A DNA stretch of 48,453 nt, taken from NCBI GenBank assembly GCA_964646415.1, contig CAZYEL010000005.1, forward strand, positions 18,601-67,053, written 5' to 3'. The DNA comes from an uncultured Candidatus Saccharibacteria bacterium. Lineage in GTDB: Bacteria > Patescibacteriota > Minisyncoccia > UBA6257 > 2-01-FULL-56-20. The notes below the pieces were generated by a model. It was not told the origin of the DNA. It saw nothing but the letters and a program-made list of their open reading frames with translations, and did no database searches. The translations under genes were made by a program, and so were the position numbers. Shown here one piece after another: positions 16,968 through 25,271 of the stretch (position 1 is its first letter; the number at the start of each line of letters is the position of its first letter).

Positions 16968-19334
16968 TCAGTATCCCTTGTTTGCAATGAGAAGCTCCAA
17001 AACTTCCCTTGGGAAGAGTGGTGGGCGTTCCGCAAGCGCCTGGTGGTAAAAGACTGTTGAGGGGGTGATGCCTGGGAGGGTGTTTACTTCGATGATAAAG
17101 AGGTTGCCGGTGGAGAGATGTGCGAACGCATCGAGACGGGAATATCCCCGGATGCCCAGATGTGCTGCGACCGTTTCAATCCGTTCTTTGACGCGCCGAA
17201 GGACGCGCGGCGCCATGAGTATCTCCGGCGGCGGGGTGATATTCACGCCCGTCCCCCCCTGGAATTTTTCTTCGACGGAGAGAACTTCTCCTTCCGCGAC
17301 GGTGATGCTGGGATTGAGCGCGTGTAGTTCTCCGGCTTTTTCGACTACCCCGACCGTTATCTCGAGCCATCCTGTTTTTCTGTGGTGCTTGAGCGTGTGA
17401 TGCACCACTTTCAGCGTATCGGTTTCAACGAAACGTTCAAAGAGAAGCTCTGCGGGCGTTTCCGGTGGCATCTCGATTATTTCCGGTTGATGCGCGAAAG
17501 TGTTTTTTGATGCGCGCGGCGCATGCGCCGCGAGGAGGCGGATATATTTTCCGAGGTCATTTAAAGAGTAAAGATGCACGACGCCGGTGGAGCATCCGTC
17601 GGCGCGGGGTTTTATGACAATAGTGCGCGTCCCCAGTTCTTTCCTGGTCTTTTTCCAGAACTTTTGGACACCGGTGACATCCATGCGCAAAAGAAATTCG
17701 GTTTTTACGGTGGTGCCGGGAATTGCACGGACGCCTTTGATGCCCATTGTGTCGACGGCGATGGACGTTGCGCGTTTATCCATGCACAACCGCGATGCTT
17801 TCCCATCCGGTCCATTGTAGCGTACGCCGCATTTCTCAAAAAGCGCTTGGAGCGTGCCGTCTTCTCCCACGCCCCCGTGGAGCGCATTAAAAACGAATGA
17901 AGCACCTTTGAGAAATTCCCGAAGCGTCATTTTCTCGGGTACGAAGAACTCCTCTTGGTTTTTTTCTTCCTGGAGTCCCAGGCGGAGCCGTGCGCGCGCT
18001 TCAAATGCATCAAGGCGCTCTTTTGCCCTGGGGTATTGGGTGCAGTTCGCCGTGATTTCTTCGACGGTGTGATTCAGCGCGAGGTGGTACGGCAGCCGCC
18101 ACACGCCGCCTTTCGTATCAAGAAGGTAGGGGATGGGTCTATAGCGCGAGGAGCCGCGGAGTTTGAGCCACACGTTCGTGCCGCTCATGAGCGATACTTG
18201 GCGTTCCGACGTGTTTCCGCCGAAGAGCACGCGCACTTCTTTGCGTTTCGCGGGTGCCTCTGTCTTTTTCCCGGGGAAGGCAATGCGGTTGCGCGCGCAT
18301 GCATTCCGGAGAATATGCTGGAGTACGTCCGCATGTGTCATACCGATGCGCGCGGCTTGCTGAAAAAGAAAACTGTTTTGTTCCATGCCGCTTACCGTGT
18401 TGAAATCCGAAAACCATATGTTTCCGTCGGGGAGGACCCACCCGTCGAACCGCCCGAAGTCCCGTACATTGAAGAGTGCGAAGAGTTGCTCGGCTTGGGC
18501 TTGTATTCTCTCAATTACGTGATTATCGAATCGCGGGGGACAGTGCCAGATGACCTGCCGCGTGGGGAGATATTTCCTCCGGAAATCGAAGATTTGGTGC
18601 TGGGTATAGTCGGTTTCGATCTCGGTGGGAGGAAGCGCCACGGGCGTGCCGAAGCGGTTTTGGAGGATGATAGTAGTGAACTCCGTGCCCTCCGCGAAGG
18701 GTTCGATGACTACCCGGGTTGCCATCCGTTTCGAGAAGATGAGGCGCACCTTCTCGAGTGCTTCCTTGGGTGTCGCGACCGAGAACACGCCGATGCTTGA
18801 ACCTCCGCGCGCGGGCTTCACCACCGCACGCCGTACGCGGTGTGCCTCAAAAAATTGCTTGATGATTGCGCGGTGGTCGCGGTGATAAATTTTGAGCACT
18901 GCGGAAGGCAATGCGAAAAAACCGTGCGCGCGTATGAACTCATTCGCGTCGAACTTGTCGAATGCGCGTTCGCATGTGCGGGAGTCGGACCCGACAAAAG
19001 GGATGCGGTGATGCTCAAGAAAGCGTTGTATGCCTCCGTCTTCCCCGAAGTGGCCGTGCATTACGGGGAAGACGATATCGGCGCGCTTGAGGAAGCGTGC
19101 GAGCGATGCGGGCGAGAGCGGTGTCCCGGCTTGCCGGAGTTTGAAATCAAAGTCGGATGGAGTGTTGCTGTAAAGTTGCGCTTTTGAGATAGCATAGGCA
19201 TTTTTTTGCGAATCCAGATACACGGGGATCACTTCAATCTCGCGCGAGGAGAGGTGATCAAGCACCGACCGCGCGGAGTTTAAAGAAATGCCCCGCTCAA
19301 GAGATGGCCCTCCGCAGATAATGGCGACTTTCAT
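16968..19334 (-). CDS. ddl: D-alanine--D-alanine ligase with two fused Ddl domains
   Basis: Two ATP-grasp units: GGPSLERGISLNS...HGHFGEDG...KPARGGSSIG...RRKY and GGNTSERQVSLMS...HGGVGEDG...KPRADGCSTG...EEKF...EVNTLPG. Confidence 0.88.
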   Translation of the reverse strand: MKVAIICGGPSLERGISLNSARSVLDHLSSREIEVIPVYLDSQKNAYAISKAQLYSNTPSDFDFKLRQAGTPLSPASLARFLKRADIVFPVMHGHFGEDGGIQRFLEHHRIPFVGSDSRTCERAFDKFDANEFIRAHGFFALPSAVLKIYHRDHRAIIKQFFEAHRVRRAVVKPARGGSSIGVFSVATPKEALEKVRLIFSKRMATRVVIEPFAEGTEFTTIILQNRFGTPVALPPTEIETDYTQHQIFDFRRKYLPTRQVIWHCPPRFDNHVIERIQAQAEQLFALFNVRDFGRFDGWVLPDGNIWFSDFNTVSGMEQNSFLFQQAARIGMTHADVLQHILRNACARNRIAFPGKKTEAPAKRKEVRVLFGGNTSERQVSLMSGTNVWLKLRGSSRYRPIPYLLDTKGGVWRLPYHLALNHTVEEITANCTQYPRAKERLDAFEARARLRLGLQEEKNQEEFFVPEKMTLREFLKGASFVFNALHGGVGEDGTLQALFEKCGVRYNGPDGKASRLCMDKRATSIAVDTMGIKGVRAIPGTTVKTEFLLRMDVTGVQKFWKKTRKELGTRTIVIKPRADGCSTGVVHLYSLNDLGKYIRLLAAHAPRASKNTFAHQPEIIEMPPETPAELLFERFVETDTLKVVHHTLKHHRKTGWLEITVGVVEKAGELHALNPSITVAEGEVLSVEEKFQGGTGVNITPPPEILMAPRVLRRVKERIETVAAHLGIRGYSRLDAFAHLSTGNLFIIEVNTLPGITPSTVFYHQALAERPPLFPREVLELLIANKGY

Positions 19335-19376
19335 TTGCGAAAATATAATATGATTATTATACTTGAAATACAAAGG

Positions 19377-19407
19377 AAAAAAAGCCACCAATCGCCCTGA
19401 CTGGTGG
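19377..19407 (-). terminator. Intrinsic terminator after the GT39 gene
   Basis: Minus strand: CCACCAGTC-AGGGC-GATTGGTGG then C and a T7 tract. Confidence 0.65.
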
Positions 19408-19438
19408 ATATATTAAAAATCTTGCAATTTTTCCCAAT

Positions 19439-20911
19439 CTAGCGGATATAGAAAATACGGGCGTTTTCCGGGATATTGTGACTTTCGGATGGCAGAATAT
19501 ACCGAATATTCTTCAGTTTTTGCGTTTCGGGCAGGAACGAATCCGTAATAAACATGACGGTTTGCGCGGGCATCGGTATTCCACGCACGTCCACTCCACT
19601 CGCTTCGACAATGACGTATTTGGGAGCTTCTTTCGGCAGTTCGTTGATGGCGCGCCCGATGGCGACGTAGTCGGCGGCGAAAGCTCCTTGAACGTTAGGG
19701 CTATTCGCCCAACGGGTGAAATAGGTGCTATACGCTTCAACCATGACAATGACTATGACGATGACTGCAGCGGCGTGAAGGAAGAATTGAGGCGTCTTTT
19801 TCTTAACCATGTTATAGAGTGCAACGCCGCCCACGGCGGCAAGGATAATGACCGGCGGAATCATGAGAATCGCGCGCAAAGCATGCGGGAGTCCTTCGTT
19901 TGAGATTACCACCGGGAGCGCGGCGAGAAGGAGCCAAGAGAAAAGGATGAAAAATGAGAATGACGATGAGGGTTTCCTGAGAATAGTACGAATGCCGAGT
20001 ACAAGTCCTGCGAGAAAGAAAATTCCCACCGGCCAGAAGAGTTCCGGGCGCCCGGCGAAGTTATGCCGCCAATTCCCGTCTCCTTCAAAGTTGAACATTC
20101 CCGCGGTTTTCAAAATATTCGAGCCGAGGTCGTGGAGAGGAGTCGGCGAGGAGAACACGGAAACTTGGGCGGTGCGGCCGAGGAAGTCCGCGGGGTGGTT
20201 GAGATAATAAAGTCCGAGGGGAAGGGCGACGATGAAAGAAGCAAGAATAAAGAAGCAGGAGGCACGCAAAATTTGCTTGCGGCTTTCGGGAGCAGACTGC
20301 CAGCACCAGAGAATGATGATAAGAATGAGGACGGGGGAGACGCGGTAAGCGATGTAGGTATGGAAACCGGCACCGAATAGTACTCCGGCGAATATGGAAT
20401 ATGCCTGCCCGCCGATTTGTAGGCGGGGAATATGGAATTTGGAGCCGGCTCGGAATGCGCGGAGAAGAAAATAAATTGCCCAGACAAGGAAAAACGGCGC
20501 CATGATTGCGCGGAAGCCGATGCGGGAAAAGATAATGTGCCACACGCTTGTGGCAAGGAGTAACGAAGACAGGAGTCCGATTTGAGTTGAAAAAAGTTCC
20601 CGTGCGAGAAAAAAGACTCCCAGCACCGTAAGCAGTCCGAACAGCGCACTTGGAAGCCGGAGCACCCATGGCTCGGTCGCGCCAAAGGAATCAAGGAATG
20701 CGGCTTGGATATTTATGAAAAATCCTTCGCGTCCGTTATTTTCGGGGTAATACGTTTTAAACTCTCCGGTCCGGAGCGCCTCAAGCGCGTTATTGCCATT
20801 CATCGCTTCGTCGGGATAAAGGCCGGGCGGAGTAGAGGCGAGATGATAGAAGCGCAGGAAACCGGCAAGGAGAAGGATGAGGATAAGGACAAGCTTCGCG
20901 TTGCGGGACAT
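19439..20911 (-). CDS. GT-C glycosyltransferase, ArnT/PMT (GT39-like) family
   Basis: LRFY.L...PPGLYPDE, LRLPSALFGLLTV, WHIIFSRIGFRA; multi-TM with a soluble C-terminal domain. Confidence 0.8.
   Translation of the reverse strand: MSRNAKLVLILILLLAGFLRFYHLASTPPGLYPDEAMNGNNALEALRTGEFKTYYPENNGREGFFINIQAAFLDSFGATEPWVLRLPSALFGLLTVLGVFFLARELFSTQIGLLSSLLLATSVWHIIFSRIGFRAIMAPFFLVWAIYFLLRAFRAGSKFHIPRLQIGGQAYSIFAGVLFGAGFHTYIAYRVSPVLILIIILWCWQSAPESRKQILRASCFFILASFIVALPLGLYYLNHPADFLGRTAQVSVFSSPTPLHDLGSNILKTAGMFNFEGDGNWRHNFAGRPELFWPVGIFFLAGLVLGIRTILRKPSSSFSFFILFSWLLLAALPVVISNEGLPHALRAILMIPPVIILAAVGGVALYNMVKKKTPQFFLHAAAVIVIVIVMVEAYSTYFTRWANSPNVQGAFAADYVAIGRAINELPKEAPKYVIVEASGVDVRGIPMPAQTVMFITDSFLPETQKLKNIRYILPSESHNIPENARIFYIR
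20390..20441. repeat. GAATATG heptamer array interrupted by a 24-bp REP-like palindrome, inside the GT39 CDS
   Basis: gaatatg gaatatg [CCTGCCCGCCGATTTGTAGGCGGG] gaatatg gaatttg. Confidence 0.8.
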
Positions 20912-20948
20912 GGATTTATTCTACATCCTGTTCCACTGGAATCCTACT

Positions 20949-20974
20949 AGGAACAATTCTATAGAATTGTTCCT
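20949..20974. repeat. Perfect 26-bp palindrome in a divergent promoter region
   Basis: AGGAACAATTCTA|TAGAATTGTTCCT, no spacer. Confidence 0.9.
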
Positions 20975-21043
20975 CCCGCACAGGCAATATTTACTTGGAT
21001 TTCGGACTTGAGAATTTATGGCTCGGAGAGTAAAATCCAGATA

Positions 21044-21346
21044 ATGATTGTGCGCCAAAAACTCGTAGAGCCGCTTCAAGATTCTTTTGTAAAAGTGGTG
21101 GTGGACATTGAGCGGGAGATTCTTTCGGCAACGTGCGAATACCATGTGGACTGCGCGGAGGAGCTTTCAGAGGACGGTTCGAAAGCCGAAAGCCTCTGGG
21201 GCGCGAATGTGAATTTCGGCGATAAGAGTATTGCGTTCGTGTCCCTCATTAACATTAAACCGGCGCTCGGGAATAGAGCCATGGAAATCAAACTTCCCGA
21301 TATTCGCAAAAAAGTAGAGGAGGTGGTTAGAAAGTTTTTATTCTAA
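21044..21346 (+). CDS. DUF5674-like protein
   Basis: KVVVDIERE...H.D...L...GS...LWGAN...SLINIKP..GNR; recognised from memory of the family. Start may be 21008. Confidence 0.6.
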   Translation: MIVRQKLVEPLQDSFVKVVVDIEREILSATCEYHVDCAEELSEDGSKAESLWGANVNFGDKSIAFVSLINIKPALGNRAMEIKLPDIRKKVEEVVRKFLF

Positions 21347-21621
21347 TGGCTACACGGGAACGCTGGGCGCGATTTGATAAGCATATGCAGCTTCTCAACA
21401 TTATTGCGGAGCTTGAACGCGCGCGCGTGTGGCAGGAGCAGGGCAATGCCGCATTATATTCTTCTGCATTGGAGCGCGCGCTGGAACTCGTTGATTTTTC
21501 GCTTGATGAGCCGAAGTGGGGAAGGAATAAATTACAGCTCCTCATCCTTCGAGAAGAAGTGGCGAAGTTCTATTGCGGAGAAAGGAAGGAAAGCGTCGCG
21601 GAGCTGTGCCGAATTTTGTAA
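21346..21621 (+). CDS. Small helical protein translationally coupled to DUF5674
   Basis: TAATG overlap at 21344-21348; RW...QL.NI.AELERA...ERALELVD...DEPKW pattern. Confidence 0.75.
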   Translation: MATRERWARFDKHMQLLNIIAELERARVWQEQGNAALYSSALERALELVDFSLDEPKWGRNKLQLLILREEVAKFYCGERKESVAELCRIL

Positions 21622-21658
21622 AGGTTGAACCTTAAAGAGTCCCTAAAGGTTCAACCTT
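21621..21658. promoter_or_regulatory. Double palindrome AAGGTTNAACCTT (copy C), upstream of paralog 4
   Basis: AAGGTTGAACCTT 21621-21633 and AAGGTTCAACCTT 21646-21658; ATG at 21669. Confidence 0.6.
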
Positions 21659-21668
21659 GAGCGAGTGT

Positions 21669-23471
21669 ATGAATTCCGAAACCAAAACCTGCCAGAGTTG
21701 TAAAGCGCAATTTACGGTTGCGCCGGATGACTTCGCGTTCTATGAAAAACTGAAAGTCCCGCCGCCCACATGGTGTCCGGAATGCCGGATGGTGCGGCGG
21801 TTAGTGTGGAGAAATGAGCGTTGTCTATACAAACGGAAGTGCGACCTATGTAGCGTCGCCGTTTTTTCCGCATTCGCACCCCGAGCCCCTTATACGGTTT
21901 ATTGTGTGGAGTGTTATGCATCGGACAAATGGGATGCCGCGCAGCATGCCCGACCCTACGATTGGAATAAAAGTTTCTTCGAGCAATGGCACGCTCTTTT
22001 TGCCGATGTTCCCCAGCGGAACTTGTACGTTACCAACTCTACCAATTCTCCCTATGGCGGAAACATGTTGCGCGATTCTACTCGTATCTATCTTTCCTAT
22101 TCTCTCTTAAGCTCGGAAGACGTGTTTTACTCGAAAGATATTGATAAATCCCGCTCGGTTTTTGACAGCTTTGATTTGGTGGAGTCAGAGAATGTGTTCC
22201 AAGGGGTGCTTGGGTATAAGAACTATAACTGCGATTTTATCTATTTTTCTCGCAGCTGCATGGATTCTCGGTATCTCTATGATTGCGTGAATTGCCGCAA
22301 TTGTTTTATGTGCACGAATCTTCGTAATAAGGAGTTTTGTATTAGAAATAAGCCATACGCGAAAGAGGAATATCAGAAAGAAATCAGCGGAATTGATTTT
22401 GGAAGTTACACAACCTCCTCTGCTCTCTACGGGGAGTTCTTAGAATTAACAAAGAATGCGCTTCATAAGTATGCGACCATTCTCAATTGCTCGCACTGCA
22501 CGGGAAATGACCTTATCAACTCGAAAAATGCGCGCGCATGTTTCAGCAGTCATGACATTGAGAATGTGAAATTCGCATTCCGCATTTTGACGACGCGGGA
22601 CTCTATGGACCTTACCTATCTCGGTTTGAATGCCGAACTTCTGTATGAGTGCCAGGGAACCGGGAGCGCGCACAGCTCATTTGTTCGATTCAACGTTCAT
22701 GGATTCGACGGGCACAACCATGATTTGCAGTACACCGCGAATTGCGGTTTCTCATCACATCTTTTCGGATGTGTCGGAATTCGGAATAAGCAATATTGCA
22801 TTTTAAACAGGCAATATTCAAAGGAAGAATATGAGGTGCTTGTGCCGAAGATTATCGCGCATATGGACGAGATGCCGTATGAATCGCGTGGAGTGAATAG
22901 CGAAGTGCGTATCGTGTATCGGTACGGGGAGTTTTTTCCCGTTGAGTTTTCGCCGTTTGCGTATAATGAAACGCTTGCGCAGGAGTGCTTTTCGCTTACG
23001 AAGGAAGAAGCGGATACACGAGGATACCAATGGAGGGAACCAGAAACGAAACACTACCGTATCACGAAACCCCCCGATGACATTCCCGGTCACATCAAAG
23101 ATGCCGACGATTCAATATGCAGTGAAGTGATAGGATGTGCGCATGGGGGGTTGTGCAAACATCAGTGCGCGACTGCGTTTAAGGTTCTACGCGAGGAACT
23201 TCAGTATTACAAGAAGAGAAATATTCCCTTGCCGCGGCTGTGCCCAAACTGCAGGCATTATGAGCGGCTGGCACAGCGAAATCCGTTGAAGCTGTGGCAT
23301 CGGCGTTGCATGTGCAGCGGGATGAATAGCGTAGAGCGTAGAGCGTATAGCAACACCGTCGCGCACTCCCACGGGAACAGTCCGTGCCCTAACGAATTCG
23401 AAACGCCGTACGCGCCGGAGCGGAAGGAAATCATATATTGTGAGTCGTGTTACAACTCGGAAATCGTGTAG
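21669..23471 (+). CDS. Cys-rich multi-zinc-ribbon protein, paralog 4
   Basis: Starts MNSETKTC like paralogs 1 and 2; same motif order. Confidence 0.9.
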   Translation: MNSETKTCQSCKAQFTVAPDDFAFYEKLKVPPPTWCPECRMVRRLVWRNERCLYKRKCDLCSVAVFSAFAPRAPYTVYCVECYASDKWDAAQHARPYDWNKSFFEQWHALFADVPQRNLYVTNSTNSPYGGNMLRDSTRIYLSYSLLSSEDVFYSKDIDKSRSVFDSFDLVESENVFQGVLGYKNYNCDFIYFSRSCMDSRYLYDCVNCRNCFMCTNLRNKEFCIRNKPYAKEEYQKEISGIDFGSYTTSSALYGEFLELTKNALHKYATILNCSHCTGNDLINSKNARACFSSHDIENVKFAFRILTTRDSMDLTYLGLNAELLYECQGTGSAHSSFVRFNVHGFDGHNHDLQYTANCGFSSHLFGCVGIRNKQYCILNRQYSKEEYEVLVPKIIAHMDEMPYESRGVNSEVRIVYRYGEFFPVEFSPFAYNETLAQECFSLTKEEADTRGYQWREPETKHYRITKPPDDIPGHIKDADDSICSEVIGCAHGGLCKHQCATAFKVLREELQYYKKRNIPLPRLCPNCRHYERLAQRNPLKLWHRRCMCSGMNSVERRAYSNTVAHSHGNSPCPNEFETPYAPERKEIIYCESCYNSEIV

Positions 23472-23505
23472 TTAGAAAATAGCAAGTAGAAATATAGAAA
23501 ATAGA

Positions 23506-25248
23506 ATGAAACCAGAAGTAAGAAAATGCAAAGAATGCGCCGCTCAATTCCCGATTGAAGCGGACGATATTGAGCTTTACGAGAAGTTCAAGGTGCCCGC
23601 GCCGGTGCGGTGCCCGGACTGCCGTCAGCGCCGGAGGTATTCTTGGCGGAACGAGCGTGTGCTCTACCGCCGGAATTGCGACCTCTGCAGGAAAAGCACG
23701 GTAACGATTTATTCGCCGAACAAGCCCTTCAAGGTGTATTGCCCGCCTTGTTTTTGGTCGGATAAATGGACTGGGCTTGATTACGGGCGCGAGTTTGATT
23801 TCAATAAGCCCTTCTTCCCGCAATGGCGGGAGCTGCAGCTTGAAGTACCGCGCATTGCGCTTCTCACCAAGAACAGCGTGAATTCGGAGTATACGAACCA
23901 CTCAAGCAATAACCGGAATTGCTATTTGAGTTTCAGTACATTCGAGTCCGAAAACATTATGCATTCGGCGAATGTGTGGAAGCAATCAAGGGATTGCGTT
24001 GATTGTTACCTCGCAAGCGTGGAGGGTGGCGCGGAATTGTGCTATGAGTGCGTGAATTCCGCGCGGATGTTTAACTGCCAATTCGGCGTGTTGCTTAAGG
24101 ATTGCACGGATTGCTTTTATTCTTACGACCTTCGCAGCTGTTCAAACTGCTGTCTTTCGTGGAATCTCCGGAACAAGCAGTATCACATCTTGAATGTCGG
24201 GCACTCGAAGGAGGAGTATGAGAAGAGATTTGCCGAATTGAATCTTGGGTCTTTTGTGGGGCGCGAGGCTTTGTATGCTCAATTTAAAGAGCTGCTGGAG
24301 AAGCGGGCCCTCCACAAATTCGCGGTGATTGAAAAATGCGTGAACGTGTCGGGGAATATGCTTTTCAACTCGAAAAATACGCGCCATTCGTTCGACGTGG
24401 ATAAAACGGAAGACACCAAATACGGGATTATCACGCCCGATGTGAAGAATTCTATGGATTCATATCATTATGGATTTGCCTGCGAGCTGATTTACGAGTC
24501 GCACGCGCTGATCCACGACTACGATGTGAAGTTTACGCACTTAAGTTACGACAACTCCCATTTGGAATACTGCGATTCGTGCCATAACTCCGAGAATCTT
24601 TTCGGTTGCGTGGGCATAAAGCAAGGGAAGTATGCAATTTTCAACAAACGGTACGAGGAGAGTGAATACGCGGCGCTCAAGAACCGCATTATCGCGCACA
24701 TGAAAGAGACGGGGGAATACGGTGAATTTTTTCCGCCGGAGCTGTCGCCCTTCGGATACAACGAAACCCAGGGGCAGGTATATATGCCCCTCAAAAAGGA
24801 AGAAGCGGCGGCGAAGGGTTATAAATGGGAAGACCTTACGCCGGGCACGTTCGGCAAGGAAACATTGAAACCCGGAAGCATCCCCGACGACATCAAGGAT
24901 ATCCCTGATACTATTTTGAAAGAAGCGCTTGCATGCGTCTCGTGCACGCGAAATTATAACGTGGTACAAGCCGAACTCGATTTCTACCGGCGCGTGCAGG
25001 TCCCCATTCCCAGGGCTTGCCCCGAATGCCGCTATCGCCGGCGGCTTGAGCGGCGTTTGCCGCGGAAGCTTTGGCATAGGCGTTGCAACTGCAACGCGGC
25101 AAATAGCAAAGAGCAAATAGCCCATAGAAACACGGCTCCGCATTTCCACGGCGATGCACCGTGCCCCAATGAATTTGAGACGCCGTATGCGCCGGAGCGG
25201 AAGGAGGTCGTGTACTGCGAGCAGTGTTATCAGGCGGAAGTGGCATAG
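23506..25248 (+). CDS. Cys-rich multi-zinc-ribbon protein, paralog 5
   Basis: Same architecture; preceded by a TAG-initiated heptamer array (23473-23508). Confidence 0.9.
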   Translation: MKPEVRKCKECAAQFPIEADDIELYEKFKVPAPVRCPDCRQRRRYSWRNERVLYRRNCDLCRKSTVTIYSPNKPFKVYCPPCFWSDKWTGLDYGREFDFNKPFFPQWRELQLEVPRIALLTKNSVNSEYTNHSSNNRNCYLSFSTFESENIMHSANVWKQSRDCVDCYLASVEGGAELCYECVNSARMFNCQFGVLLKDCTDCFYSYDLRSCSNCCLSWNLRNKQYHILNVGHSKEEYEKRFAELNLGSFVGREALYAQFKELLEKRALHKFAVIEKCVNVSGNMLFNSKNTRHSFDVDKTEDTKYGIITPDVKNSMDSYHYGFACELIYESHALIHDYDVKFTHLSYDNSHLEYCDSCHNSENLFGCVGIKQGKYAIFNKRYEESEYAALKNRIIAHMKETGEYGEFFPPELSPFGYNETQGQVYMPLKKEEAAAKGYKWEDLTPGTFGKETLKPGSIPDDIKDIPDTILKEALACVSCTRNYNVVQAELDFYRRVQVPIPRACPECRYRRRLERRLPRKLWHRRCNCNAANSKEQIAHRNTAPHFHGDAPCPNEFETPYAPERKEVVYCEQCYQAEVA

Positions 25249-25271
25249 ACACGACTGATGATTCATAGCCA

